Of a DNA stretch of 64,000 nucleotides, positions 10,601 to 25,600 are shown one piece after another. The stretch comes from Verrucomicrobiales bacterium (lineage in GTDB: Bacteria > Verrucomicrobiota > Verrucomicrobiia > Verrucomicrobiales > V1-33): NCBI GenBank assembly GCA_031411295.1, contig JANOAV010000157.1, positions 64,001 through 128,000 of the forward strand, given 5' to 3'. The notes beneath the pieces were generated by a model. The model was not told the origin of the DNA and made no database searches. It saw nothing but the letters and a program-made list of their open reading frames with translations. Both the position numbers and the translations under genes were made by a program. Numbering within the stretch: the stretch's first letter is position 1; each line of letters opens with the position of its first letter.

Positions 10601-13600
10601 ACGTCGGCCTAACGGAGGATGCGGTCATCAATGTTCAGGCTGGTCCTTATGTGAAGATTGAAACGACTGGCGCGATCCTTTCCCTGCTGGGCGCGGATGG
10701 CGTGACAGTTTCCGGAAATTTTGCCTATGAACGCTACACCACGGCAGATGGCGATGTGGTGGTTAAGGTGGCGGCTTCCAATGCCAACCTGCAACTCGGT
10801 GCGTTAGGAAATTCGAATCTGATCCAAGTCTCGAACGCCGCAGGATATTTCCTCTTCAATAGCAACGGCATGGCGGGCGCGGCAACTGGCACGGTCACGG
10901 CCTCGATAGGTCCAGTAATGAATCCCCTGATCAGCCTATCGGGCGCCTTCAAAATTCTAATCAATACAACGCCTTACGATGTGGACGAAGATTTCGTCCT
11001 CTCCACCGGCGCGGTTGCAGTGGAAGCACCGGCTGGTCCGTATGTGAGAATTTCCGGCACGGGCGTGGCGCTGTCGGTCAACATGGGAGCGGCTTTAGGG
11101 AGTGTGGTCTTGAATGGAGATTTTGTGTTTGAGCAGAAACGGGATAGCGTGACGCATGCACTGAGTTACACGCAGGTGGGAGGCTCAAATATCTCGGCAA
11201 GCCTAACGACGCTTGGTTTCACGATCAACATCATCAATGGCATCGGTGGGTTCCGTATCACGACAGCGGGCATTGCGGGTCAGGCGAGCGTGCCGAATCG
11301 GGCATCGGCCAGCGATCCTTATAATATTACATTTACTTCAGTGACCGGCGTTTCCTTCGTGGCGGAGAACGTTCTTTTCAAAATCAACAACACTGGGGCC
11401 GACGTGCCGAGCACGATCGTGGCAGTTTCCGACACGGAAAACATCACCTTCGCGTTCACCGGAGCCTACTATCAGAAATATGTGGGCATCACGGGTTCGG
11501 TGACCGCTACCTTGACGATTCCGGTCAATTTCACGCTGAAGGGTGATTTCTCCTTCGAGCTGATCAATCTGGGGGCCGGTAATTTGATTCGTCTGGCAGC
11601 AACGAATGTCTCGGCGGATATTAAGATTGGCAGCAACCCAGCGCTGATGAGTTTCAGCAACGGCTCGGGGGCATTTGTGATCACTTCGGCTGGTATCGCT
11701 GGCACCGCCACGCTGGATTTCCAAACGGGTTTCGTAACCGTCTCCGGAACGATCAAACTGGAGATCAACAACACCTCCAGTGCCGCGCTCTACAACTGGG
11801 TGGATCCAGCCGGCAATGCCTTCAGCATCAATCTGCCAACCTTCCCCCACCTGCTGATCTGCGTGAACGGCCATGTGGTGGTGGGATCATTCGACATTCC
11901 GGTGAACTTCCAAATTCGCCAAACGGCCGCGGGCCTTTACTTCGAAACGAAACCCGGCGGGGTGGAGATCTTCCACTTGGATCCGGACGGCACCTTCCAT
12001 GCGGGAACCTACATTACATTCCCAGCGACAATTGATTTCGCCAATCCCAGCCCAGAGGATATCCTGACCTTCCTGCAAACGCTGGCCAACTGGTTCACAC
12101 TGTTCGGCGGCTCCAGCTTGTTCGATACCATGATTCCCTTCACGGATAAGACGCTGGGTGACGCGGTGGACTTTGCGAAGGGCTTCATTGAGACGTTCTA
12201 TAATAAATTAGTTAGCGCTGAAGTCAGTGGCACGCTGACGGCTTTCGTAGCAGGTAGTCTGACTGGCAGTGTCTCGATCACGCTGGGCACCACCACTTAT
12301 GTCGTCAACCTCAGTGGGGCATACGCGGGTGTGAATCAACTGCTCAACAGGCTCAATAACAGCATTAATGCGGTGGTGGGACTTGCGGGGAAAATCGAGG
12401 CGCGGATCAATCGCAATGGAGCCATCGCGTTCGCACTAACGGAAACCGCGATGAAGGCTGGCACACTCCAATTTAGCTTCGCTGGAGCGACCGGATCCAT
12501 GGCCACGTTGGGCTTCGGGGTTTCTGGTGGCAGTGCTACCATTTCCCGCTACACGCTGGAGCAATTCCCGCTGGCACTGAGCCGCATCATCGGGATTGCG
12601 GGGAATGCCGCTTCGATGGCGCAGTGGACTTGGGCCACGGCGTTGCCCGCGGCTCCCTCGGTGTTGTTGCCTTACGCTCCCATCACGTATGATCCTCATC
12701 GCAAGGTGTATGTCTTCCCCGTGAGCTTCACGTATGCGCCGACGCTGCCGAACGTGGATTTCAAATGGAGCACGGATATCGGACCACTGGGTTCCGCAAC
12801 CTTGTCTGGAAAAATTAAGTTTGAGCCATCGCTCCATTTTGGGTTCGATCTCGGACTGGATCTGAACGCCAAGGAAGTGCCGCGGATCATTTCCAGTCAG
12901 GCGTTGCCCACGCCAACCAACGGTCGGGTCTCGGCGGATCTTTCCTTCCGACTTTACGTCAATGGCAGTTCCTCTCCGATCACGATCACGGTGCTGAAGA
13001 CAGCGACGGACAATAATTTCACGGCGCAAGATCTGGTGGCGGATCTCAACGCAGCCTTGACCGCAGCCGCTAATTTCACGATGCCCGGTGGGGCGATAGT
13101 TGATTTGGGGCAAATCCTGGTTTTCCAAAAGGCGGGTCCGGTCATTGCCCTGAGCGTGCTGCAGGAAGATGACCTGGATGGCGATGGCAATATCGACGTG
13201 CAGGAGGATGTGAACGGAAATGGCGTGCTCGATGCGGGTGAGGACATTGATGCCGATGGCCGTTTGGATATTAAAGAGGATCTCAATAGCGATGGCGACA
13301 TGGCGGATGATTATCTCGATGTGCTGAATCAAATCAAGATCACCGTGGGGATCAACAATCCGTTCGCCACGCAACTGGGCTTCGGAGATGAAGTGAAGAA
13401 TCCGGATGCTGGCATCGGCTATGCCCAGGGCTACTATCAGAGCGTCGTCAACAGCGGCATGAAGGGCATCTTCCTAGATAACATCGACCTCAGCGCCACG
13501 CTCAAAATCACCACCCCAGTGTCGATCACCGGAACCCTCAATTTCGGCTTCCTCAAGATCTCTGTTAACGGCGGACAGCTTACGACCACGGATCCATACG

Positions 13601-16600
13601 CCAACACCGTCAAAGACATTAAGTTGGCCTTTGGTGTGAGTGATCCCACCACGGGTGGCGAGCGGTTCTATCTCTCGGAAATGATGGATGCGTTGAATAA
13701 CATTGGCACTTACATTGATGGGCCGGATCTCACGGGGGCGCTCTATTTGGGTTTCACGAATGTGTCCGCCACGATTGGGAGCCACACGCTGTTCAACACC
13801 GGAGAGATTTCCATTTGGATTCCCAACATCTCGGTCCTGACCTATAACGAACGTGCTTACAACGCGCTGGATCCACTGGCCAACGAGGGCACGTTCCTGA
13901 AGTATCCAAGCTTCGGTCTCGGCGGTGGGACCAGTTTCCAGAAAATTAGTTTCACCGACGTGCTGCATGGCCTGCAGGCTGCGGTGGACACGATTTCTGA
14001 TTTCAGCGCGTTCTCCTTCCTGAATGAGAAGATCCCTGTCATCAACCTCAGTCTGCATGATCTGGTGGATTACGCCGGTCAGTTTGCCGATCTGGTGGAC
14101 GCTATTACCGGAGCTGGTTCCAGCAACATTCAAGACATGCTGGCCACGCTGAAAGCCAATGTGGTGACACTCTTCCACATCGATCCTAACGCCTTCGATA
14201 TCAATCTCGATACCAACGGGATCGTCTATGGCAGCGGCGTGACGGTGAGCACGACCTCCGGAATTAACTCCCGCTTCACCTTCAATCCGAATGGCCTGCA
14301 CAATGGTTTCACGATCACAAGCGGGGCCACCTCTGCCTTGATGAACGGCTCCCAACTGGTGATCATGTGTGATCCGAGCGTCACGGGAAACAACGCGTTG
14401 CCAACCTGGGATCCGGTCGCGAAAATTCTGACGGTGTTGATCGATGTCAACAATACGACCGCTGCTACCGTGGTGGCGCGGATCAACTCAGTGCTTGGTG
14501 CCACTTGGAGTGCGGCATTAATCACCACGGACTCGGCGGTTACAAATCTGGGCACCGGGAAGATTCACACGAATGCTCTGAAATTTAGTTTCCACTACAC
14601 CGCAGCCTATGCCAATCAGTTGCCGCTGCAATTGGATCTCGCAGACTTGGTGGACGCCATGGGGGCAGATAATAACACCGTCAAAGAGTTCCTCAAAGCA
14701 GCCACCACCTTGATTCATATCGGTGGCTCGGGGATGTTGAATGTATCCGCCAGCGCGGCAGTCACTCTGGATTTTGGTTTGGATCTCACGAATCCCTGCG
14801 CGCCGTCGCTGTTCCTCTACGACACGACTGGGGTGAGTCTGACGGCCAAGGTCACAGCTACGAATCTGAATTTCGACGCCAGCATCGGCGGGTTGGGAAT
14901 TTACATCCGCAACGGCAGTGTGACGTTTGACTATGATGGCAAAGGCGGGAGCACGAGTCCAGCCATCCTCGCACTGACGCTGAAGGATACGGATGGGGAT
15001 GGTCGCCACAGCATCGACGCTACGTTGCTCAGCTTCGACAACCTGGCGCTGGTAGCGCACGCAGGGATCACGGCCGTGTTGCCGCTCTTTGCTCCCACCG
15101 CTTCCATTGCGGTGGGATCGACTACCGATGCCAATGGCGACGGCTACCCGGACAACGCCATCGTGCTGGATGTGCCTGACCTGGTGCGGTTGTTAGTCAA
15201 TGATACGACGGGCCTGAATAGCACGAATCATCAGGAAGGAAAACTGACGTTCCGCGGGAATGCGAACGATCTTCTGCTGACCGAAGTGGCCACGGGCGGA
15301 AGTTCCTTGACGGTGGTGTTCCATCACAATGCTGCCATCGGAGTGGGGGCTCCCACGTTGGTGCGCACAGGCAATACGTTGGATATTACCATCAACAGTG
15401 GTATTACTCTAGCAAGTCAGTTGGTGGGCGCTTGGGCCTCCGGGACGATCAACATCACGCTCCCAGCAGGCGATACCGCAAGCAATTACGCCGCAGACAA
15501 CGGCAAACTGAGGAAGTTCACGCTGTATGCACCAAACCTCAATGGGCTGTTCGACAATCTCGATCTCTGTGCGCTGATCGATTCTGCCACGGGCCCATTC
15601 TTAACCTCGTTGGATGGCGCATTGTTACATATTCAAAATGGACTGACGGAAGCGGTGGCAAGTTCAAATCTGCCATTGATTGGCGATGGGATGGCGGGAG
15701 TAGCGACGTTCATCCAAAATTTCCGGGAAGGCTTATTGGCGGAGTTGCGGGCGAGGATAGCAGCGGCAGGTGGCAGTGCCATCGGGGCGGTGCAGGATGC
15801 AATCAAGGAGGCGATCTGGAATTCGCTGGGGCCAAATGGGTTGAACATTTTAGTCAACGCGGCCACGGGAGCCGCCTTGGACCCAGCCGCGGGTTATTCC
15901 CAGTTGGATGTGGTCCTGACCTGTGATGGCTTGGCGGTAAATATTCGGTTGAAGAAGGAACTGGCCTTGTTGGATACCACACAGAACCCCATTGATTTCG
16001 ATCTTGGCGTCGATGGTTTCGGACTGTCCGTGGAAGGAAATGTGAAGCTGTCACTGGGCTTCGATTTGAAACTGGGCTTCGGCTTCAACAAGAGCGATGG
16101 TTTCTACATTGTGACGAGTGATGGCTCGGGCGATCCAGAACTGGTCCTCGGCTTTGAAGCGACGATTCCCGGGCTGGCAGCCAAGGGCACGTTGTTCTTC
16201 CTGCAACTGGACGTGAATGATGATCCTGATGCGCCTTCGAGTTTCGTGGGCCGCTTCATGGTTGATCTGCGCGATCCGAACAGCGATGGCAAACTCACTT
16301 GGGCGGAAATCACGGGCAGCGGCACGGCCTTGGGTGATATCGTGCATGCTGACTTGGAGGCCATTGCGGACATCAATCTGCAGCTGGAGGCCAGCTTCGG
16401 TGGCAATGCTAATTTCCCTCACATCCTGGCGGACTTCCATCTGGGCTGGAGTTGGTCGCTGAGCGGTGGCTCCACGGATCCTGACATTGCCTTCAACAAC
16501 GTGCGCTTGGATCTGGGCACCTTTATCTCGGATGTCATCGGACCGATCCTCGCGAAAGTGCAAGAAATCACTGGTCCGATCCAACCCATCATCGATATCG

Positions 16601-19600
16601 CAGTGGCCCGCTTGCCGATCCTAAGTGACCTGGCTGGCAAGGACATTACCTTCCTCGATCTCGCGGAAGCCTTTGGTTACCTGGATCCCGGCACCCGCAA
16701 ATTTATCGAACAAATCATCAAGGTGATCGATTTGATCAACTCGATCCCAACGGGCGGCGGCAGCGTCATCATTCCGATTGGCAGCTTCCATCTCGGTCAA
16801 GCCAGCGACGGCAACTACACCAGTGTAAATCCTCTGGGAAGCCTGAGCGTGGAAGATTTGGCCACCCGGATTCAAAATGATCTTGATGCCGCGTCCTCCG
16901 CCAGCCTCACCCAGCAGACGCAAACCGCAGGCTTCGTGGGCGACCAAGGGCTCGGCAGCATGGACAATTTCAAAATTCCATTCCTGCAAAATCCCAGCGA
17001 ACTCTTCGGACTTTTCACTGGCCAAGCGGTGCGTTTGATCGAGTGGCAGATGCCTACCTTCAAATTTGAGTTTACCTACACCCAGAAGATTCCGATCTAC
17101 CCACCACTTTACGCGCAATTCGGCGGCACCATTGGGGCGGAATTCCAGATCGGCTTCGGTTATGACACCAGCGGCATTCAGAAATTTATCGAAGGTGGAG
17201 CCAAGGACGTGGCGCAGATTTTCGATGGCTTCTACATCGCAGACTACGATGCCAACGGTCATGAGCGGCCTGAGGTCACGCTGAAGGGGGAGATCTTTGC
17301 AGGTGTCAGCATCAATCTGGGATTGGTCGAGGTGGGCGTCAACGGCGGCATCAGCGCGGTGATTACTTTTGATTTGAATGACATCACGAAGGACGGTCGG
17401 GTGCATGTCTCTGAACTCATCGCGAACGCGCAACAGGACGTGCGCTGCATCTTCGACATCCATGGCGAACTCCGGCTCTTCCTGGAAGCGTTCTTGAAGG
17501 TCAATCTCTTCTTCTTCAAGATCGACAAGACTTGGCGCTTTGGGGATTTCCTGCTCTTCTCCTTCGACATCACCTGCCCAGTGCCAACCTTGGCCAGCGT
17601 GGATGGCAGTGGCAAACTCACGCTCAACATGGGCACGAATGCCGCTGCTCGTCTGGAAATTGATACTTCTGATGGCGCGGAGACCTTCACCGTGAGTCAC
17701 GTTTCGGGCGACGCCACCAATGAGAAAGTTTCCGTGACCTGGCGCTCTTACTCCCAAGAGTTCGACGGGGTGAAATCCATCTTTGCCAACGCTGGCGCAA
17801 ACAATGACTACCTTGATGTGACGGGCACGCTGGTGCCAGTGGACATCGACATGGGCGCGGGCGACGACACCTTGATCCTCGGTTGGGGCGCTGGTAGCAC
17901 CGCTCGGGGCGGTGCCGGCAACGACAAGATCACGGTGCCAACGGATGACCAAAGCGTGGTCCGCAATACCACCAACACAATTTACGGAGATGACGGCAAC
18001 GATTCCCTGGTCGGTCCAGGAAATGTCAGCATCACGATTTACGGTGGCGGCGGCACGGACGTCGTCACTGGTTCCTCCCAAGCGGACATCTTGGACGGGG
18101 GCGATGGGGCGGATACGATTACCGGTAACGCAGGCGATGACACGATCACCGGTGGAGCCGGGAATGATAAAATTTACGGCAACGATGGCAACGACATCAT
18201 TGATGCCGGTGCTGGCTCGGATTTCGTGGCAGCGGGATCGGGCAATGACAGCATCACGGCGGGCACGGGCGACGACGAAATCTTTGGCGATGACGGCAAC
18301 GACAAAATCGCTGGTGGATCAGGCAACGATAAGCTTTACGGCAACGGTGGTGCTGATTTGATTGTAGGGGATGATTTCAATCTCACGCTCTTCACCTACG
18401 ATCTCAGCACGGCCAATACGGTCGGCGGCACCTACACGATTTCTGCGATCACGGGCACGGGCAATGATTTCATCGTGGGCGGCGGCAGTTTCGATGTGCT
18501 CTTCGGTGGTGATGGCGATGACTTCATCTTCGGCGGCAACTACTTCAGTGGTGGCACAACCCAACTCATTGAAGATGACGACAACGATTTCATGGATGGT
18601 GGCCGGGGCAATGATCAGATGTTTGGTGACGATGCGAATGGCAAGGAAGGCGATCGCGATACCGGCATTTCCATCACCAGCTACGTGTGGCATGATCTGG
18701 ATCTGGATGGCGTCCGGGACAGCACGGAGGCAGGGATCCCCAATGTGACGGTGAATCTTTACAAGGCCAGTGACAATTCCCTCTTCACGACCACCAAGAC
18801 CGACAGCAGCGGGAAGTTTGCCTTGGTTGGGCTGGATCCGCTGGACTACTACATCACCTTCAGCATCCTAACCGGCTACACCCCAACGCTGCAAAACGTG
18901 GGCGATGCGCTGCCGTTCACCGATTTGGATACCGCTGGTGAACTGACGACGGATAGCGATATCGATGCCACTGGCAAAACGTCTGTCTTCCAAATGGACT
19001 ACAACGAAGCTGCGATCAACATTGCGGCTGGATTCACGGGCGTGCCGCAATTGACGGTCACCACCAAAGCCGTGAATGAAGGTGGCAGCGGAAAGCAAAC
19101 GGCGGTGACCTTTACTTACACCTTGAGCGGTCCTTCGTTGTCCAGCATCACGCTAAATTACTCCACACTGGATGGCACCGCTACGAGCGCAGGCAAGGAT
19201 TACACCAAGGTCAACAGCACGGCCCTGACGTTCGCGCCAGGCGAGGTGAGCAAGACGGTCACCATTACGGTTACCGGGGATGACATGTATGAGCTGGACG
19301 AGGATTTCAAACTCGTAACGGTCCCCGCCACGCCCTCCCAACTCTTCGGCTCCCCCGCCAGTGTGGTCACCCAGGCGATCATCGTGAATGATGATGCCCG
19401 CCCGGTCTTTACGATCACGGATGCTTCCCTGACGGAGCCGGGCGTGAATCAGTTGGTGAAGATCAGCATCAAACTAGTGAATCCGAGCTACCAAACGGTC
19501 ACGGTGGGCTATCTCACGACCGATGAATTCGATCCGGTTCTGGGCACGCGCACCGCCCGTTCCGCCACGGCGGGAATTGACTATACGGTGCTCAGTGGAA

Positions 19601-22600
19601 CGGCCACTTTCCTCCCTGGTGATGTCCAGAAGGACATCTACGTGAGGGTGCTGGGCGATTCGGTGGATGAGTATGATGAAACGTTGTTTATCACGCTCTT
19701 CAACCCCACCAACGCCGCCATCAGCGACAGCACGGGCAGCATCGTGATTCTCGACAATGATGTCGCCCCAACGATTACGCTTACGCCCTTCAATCCAGAC
19801 GGTGGTGCTGCTCCGCTGAATTTCCGCACCACGGTGTTCGAAACAGACTTCACTGCCCAAGCGGTGCAGTTCAATGTCACGCTCTCCGGTCTCACGGAAA
19901 AGACGATCACCGTCCGCTATGACACGGCTCGCGGCACGGCCATTTCCGATTCCTTTGATGAACTCAACGAGCCCATCGATTTCACGAACAATGCCACCTC
20001 CTTGGACTTCGCCAGCGCATCCGATAGTGATACCACGCTCACCTTTAGTCCTGGCGGTCCATTGACGCAGGTGCTGACGGTCTGGGTGCAGCCTGACAAC
20101 AAGACGGAAGGCGATGAATTCTTCTACGTAAATCTACTCAACACCGAGAACGCCACGATCTCCAACAATCACGTGATCGTAAAAATCGTCGATGACGACA
20201 GCGGTCCCTCCGGCGTGGGCAGTCCGTTCGATGTGCGTTTCAGCCGTCCTGACTACCATGCTGCAGAAGGCGATGTGGCCACCACGGGTTACGTCACCCT
20301 GGTGCGCTCGCTGACGAGCACCAAAGCCTACACCATCTTGAGCATGGACGGCGGCACGGCCACCTTTACCACCGACTATACCACGAGTGGATCGAATCGT
20401 CAGTTGATCACCTTTGAAGTGGGTGAGGCTGTGAAGCTGGTGCCGATCTATATTGTGGGCGATAACATTCACGAAACGGATGAGACGATTCTCTTCTCGC
20501 TGCGCAAGCCTACGGGCGAGCCAGTGAGAGGTTCCCCTGGCAGCGCCACTTTCACCATTGAAGACGACGACGACGTGGCGGTGCTGGTCAAGGCGATCAC
20601 AACATCAGTGACAGAGGGCGGGGCCTATCAATTTGAAATTCACATCGTCGATTACAACGATCCGCTGCATCCCGACATCGTAACGGAAACCCCGATTTCA
20701 GTAAATTACGGCACCCTCAATCTGACGGCCCTCGCAGGCAGCGACTATGTTTCCACGGCAGGAGTGGCAACGTTCCCGAGCGGAAGTTCGGCTCCGTGGT
20801 TGGTGGGCGCACTGACGATCAACCCAGGCGTGGCGGACCCTGAAGCTACCGAGCTGTTCCGCCTGAGAGTTACCTCTGTCCCTACTGGTGTATTCCTCGC
20901 TCAATCCTTTGCCGATATCAGCATCATCGATAACGATACGACGACGATCAAAGGCTACGTCTTCCATGACAACAACGACAACGGCTACTGGGATCAAGAT
21001 GGTAGCGAGCCAGCCTTCGCAGGAGTCAAGGTGGCCCTCACAGACTCCAGTGGCAGCACCTACAATTTAGTCACGGCGGGCGATGGTAGTTACTCCCAGT
21101 TGGTGCTCTATGGGAACGTGCATGTGGCGGTTGATGGCACGGGCGCGCTCAACCCGATTGAAGGCTATGAAGTTACCACCGACAACGACAACCAAGACGT
21201 GGTCTTTACGGCTGGCTCGGCCCCGCTGACGAACATCGGCTACCTGAAGGGCTTCACTCTAGTATTACCGGAAGCCGCTGAAACCACGGGCCGAGGGGGC
21301 ACAGACGACACGATCTTCGGCGGTCCGGGTGATGATTACATCGATGCGGGTGCAGGTGATGACCACGTGGTCGGTGGTCATTGGCAAACCGCTACCAGCA
21401 ATAATTCTCCCATCAATCAAGGCACTTATGACGCGGTGATCATCGCGAACTTTGGCGCATCAATCACCAACCCGCAAACCGCCCCGATCTGGTCCATCAG
21501 CACGGCAGGCCTGGGTGGCGGGAGCATTTCCGGGCAAATCTGGGTGGACACCAACAACAGCAATGTGCAGGACGAAGGCCTCTACACTGCGGGCGAGGTT
21601 ATGATTACGCTGTTGGATGGGGCTGGTAATGTGGTGAACGTGGTCGCCACGACCACCGGAAGCTATACGTTTACCGGTCTCTATAAGGGCACCTACATTG
21701 TCCAATGGGATCTGCCCAGCGGGCAGCAGTTCGTCACGCCAGGCATCGGCGGACCAGCCGTTAACAGTGACGCGGTCGTAGCTGGGCGCACTGCGAAATT
21801 AACGCTGGCCACGGACACGAGCGTCCTAAATAACATTGATGCCGGACTGGAAGCCAGCGGCACCTTGCCGGTCGCCAGTGGCTCCAGCATTCAGTTCAGT
21901 CAATCCAGTTACCACGCAGTGGAAAGCGCCACGGTGGGAACCCACTCCTTTATCACCATCACCCTGCTCCGCAGCAACGCGGCCACCGTGGAAAATGTCG
22001 CCTGGTTCATGAACGATGGCACTGCGCTGGCGGGCGTTAATTATGTGAAGACTCAGGGCACGGTGAATTTCGCCATTGGCGAAACGCTGAAGTCCTTCGA
22101 GATCGAACTCATCAGCACCGGGCAAAACATTTGTGACGCCAAAGACTTCTCACTCTCCACCCGCAAACCTACTGGGCAGCCGATCCGCGGTGGTGAAACC
22201 ACGATCTACATTCATGGGGTAGCCGCCAGCTCCAACACGGATGACGATACGATCCTGGCGGGTGATGATTGGGATGTCGTGCTGGGCGATTCCGGTTACA
22301 TCGATGCCGATGCCCTGCCGAACACCGCCTCCACCAAGATTCATGACACCGGTGGCCTGGGCTACGATGACATTCACGGAGATGATGGGCCAGACTATAT
22401 CAACGGCCAACTGGGTGATGACATCCTGGCGGGAGACGAAGGGGATGACATTGTGCTCGGCGGGTATGGCGATGATCGTATCGAGGTGACGCTGGATGAT
22501 GATTTGATCTTTGGTGGCAATGGCCGGGACGTCGTGTTCGGCACCTATGACGGACAAGTGATTCAAATCGACGCAGCCAAGATCTGGTTCAGTCTCGATA

Positions 22601-25600
22601 CCACGGTGAATTCGGGTGATAGCGAGTTCACCCTCAATGGCGTCGAAGCGGTGGAACTGTTCGGTGGCGCAGGAGACAATACGTTTATCGTCAACGGTTG
22701 GGCGGGCGAAGCCTTCCTCTTCGGTGGCGATGGCACGGATGCCCTGAAGGTGACCAATGACATGGACATGAAGTTGGCCGATGCCAGCGCGCTCCAGAAA
22801 TTACTCTACGCGCTGTTGAACGGCATGAATGTGGAAGCAAACTTGACGCTGTTGACCACCGGCACGGCGTATCATGTGGGTGAATTTGAAACGGTATCAC
22901 TGGCTGGTGGGGCCAGCGCCAATAGCATCGACGCCAGCGGATATTCCAAAGACGTCACGTTGGAAGGCGCTGGTGGCGATGATACCCTGATTGGTGGCAC
23001 CGGAAAAAATACCTTTGTCTTCGACGTCGATAATGTGCTGGGCACCGACACCGTCACGGGGAATGCCAGCACCGACACACTCGACTTCTCCAGCAGTGCC
23101 TCGGGGGTTACGGTCAATCTAAGCATGGTTGGGCTGACGCAGACGGTGCGCGCAGGCTTCCTCAGTCTGTTCCTAACCGCCACGGATATTGAAAATGTCA
23201 TCGGGAGCTCAACGGTGGATTCGCTGACAGGGAACAGCCTCAACAATACCATCACGGGTGGTGCGGGTGGAGATACCATGGCTGGCGGCACGGGAAATGA
23301 CACCTATATCCTCGATACTGATACCGCCTTGGGGGCGGACGTCATAACCGAACTGCTGGCAGATGCCGGTGAGGATACGCTTGATTTCTCCGGCTCTTCT
23401 TCACTCCAGATTACCTTGGACATGGCGCTGACCACCGCTCAGATCATCAACGCCAACCTCACCATCACGCTCACGGGCGGCGGCTTTGAGAACGCCATCG
23501 GCGGAGACAAAGACGACGACATGAAAGGCAACGCTCTCGCCAACAAACTCTACGGCAACGCTGGCAACGACACGCTCTTCGGAGCCACTGGCGACGATTT
23601 CCTGGATGGCGGCTTGGGCACGGATACGCTGGACGGTGGCGATGGCAGCGACAGCATTAGCGCTGCGGCTGACAGCAACTTCCAACTCACCAACGCGCAA
23701 CTGACACGCAACGGATCGGATGTGGACTACCTGAATCTGATTGAGCGTGCGACGCTGACTGGTGGAGTTTCCAACAATGTCTTCACCCTCACAGGTTGGA
23801 CTGGCAACGCCACCATCGCTGGGGCTGGTGGCACGGATACGTTGATTTACAATGCGGATGTGGACATGATCCTAACGGGTGCAGCGGGCACAGATCTCTT
23901 GAGCTTGAATGGTGGGGCCTATACCTTCAGTCTCACGGGTGTGGAGGCCTATCTCCTCACTGGCGGTGTCAGCAACAACACCCTGAACGCCAATGGTTAC
24001 AACAGTGGGGGTTCGGTAACGCTGGATGGCGCGGCTGGAAATGACACCATCGTTGGCAGCAACGGCTCAGACATTCTCCGTGGTGGCAGCGGCAACGATG
24101 CCATCACAGGTGGAATTGGATTCGACATCATCGACGGTGGCACGGGCACGGATACGTTGGTTGAACTAAATGCATTTTCCTCCAACCTCAGCAACACTAC
24201 GCTAAACATCATCTACAGTCCGCTTCCAGGAGCACCCAGTTATACCGATAGCTTATCCAGCATAGAAGGTCTCAACATTGCTGGCACGGGCGTTAACAAT
24301 TCATTCACTGTCACTGGTTCGCCCGTAGCCACGGTCACACTGAATGCCGGCGGTGGCTTGGGCGATAAGCTGATCGTAAGCACGAGCTACAATGCAACAC
24401 TCACCAACACCTCGCTGGCGCTGAGTAATCTTCCTGGCGTGACGTTTACACTAAGTAATTTTGAACTGGCTGAAATAACTGGCAGCGCTGGCGCCAACGT
24501 CCTCAACGCCGCTGGATTCAGTGGCAGCGTCACCCTCACGGGCGGCAATGGGAACGACACCCTAACCAGCGGCAGTGGAAACGACACGCTTGACGGTGGC
24601 GATGGCAATGACACTTACAAATTCAACACCTCCACTGCTCTGGGCACCGATACCATTGTCGATGCGAGCGGCACGGATACCCTTGATTTCAGCGGCAGCA
24701 GCCTGGGGGTCACGCTGAATCTTACGCTTCTAAGCAACCCGGCCAATGCCAACCTGACCGTCAACTGGGCGGCTGGTGTGAGTTTGGAAAACATCATTGG
24801 CGGTTCCCTCGGGGACACGCTTACGGGAACCTCCGGGGATAATCAGCTAACGGGTGGGGCAGGAAATGATGCCCTCAACGGAGGTGCTGGTAACGACACC
24901 TACTTCTTCAACACCAACACGGCGTTGGGCACTGATACCCTGAACGATACTGCGGGCACAGACACCCTGGATTTCACCGGCAGCACCGGCACCGTTACTG
25001 TCAACTTGGCGAATGCGACAAACATCGTGAACGCCAATCTGACCATCAACTACACCGGGACCTTTGAAAATGTCATCGGTGGTTCCGGTAACGACAGCCT
25101 GACCGGCAACGGCTCTGACAACCAACTGACGGGTGGGGCCGGCACCGACACGCTGGACGGAGCCGCAGGCAATGATACTTACCTTTTCGATACCGACACT
25201 GCCTTGGGCACAGATACCATTGTGGATATTAGCGGAACCGATACGCTTGACTTCAGCGCCAGCGCGCTGGGCGTGACGATGGATCTGAATACCGCCGCCG
25301 TCTTGGGCTTCGTGACGAATGTAGTCAACGCCAACCTTACCGTGCGCTGGGCCACCGGAGTGACGATGGAAAATCTCACGGGCGGAAGTGGCAACGACAC
25401 CCTGAGCGGGAACAGTTCTGCTAACATCCTCATCGGTGGGGCTGGCAACGACGCACTGAACGGTCGGGGCGGCAACGATACCTACGCCTTCAACACCGAT
25501 ACTGCGCTCGGGACAGACACCATTAGCGATAGCGCGGGCACCGACACGTTCGATTTCTCTGCCAGCACGACAAATGTGAGTGTGAATCTCGAAACCACCG

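Noticed and set aside
12436..18081. Long minus-strand ORFs (312, 293 and 486 aa) inside the giant gene
   Set aside because: Antisense shadows expected from codon bias; no recognisable motifs.
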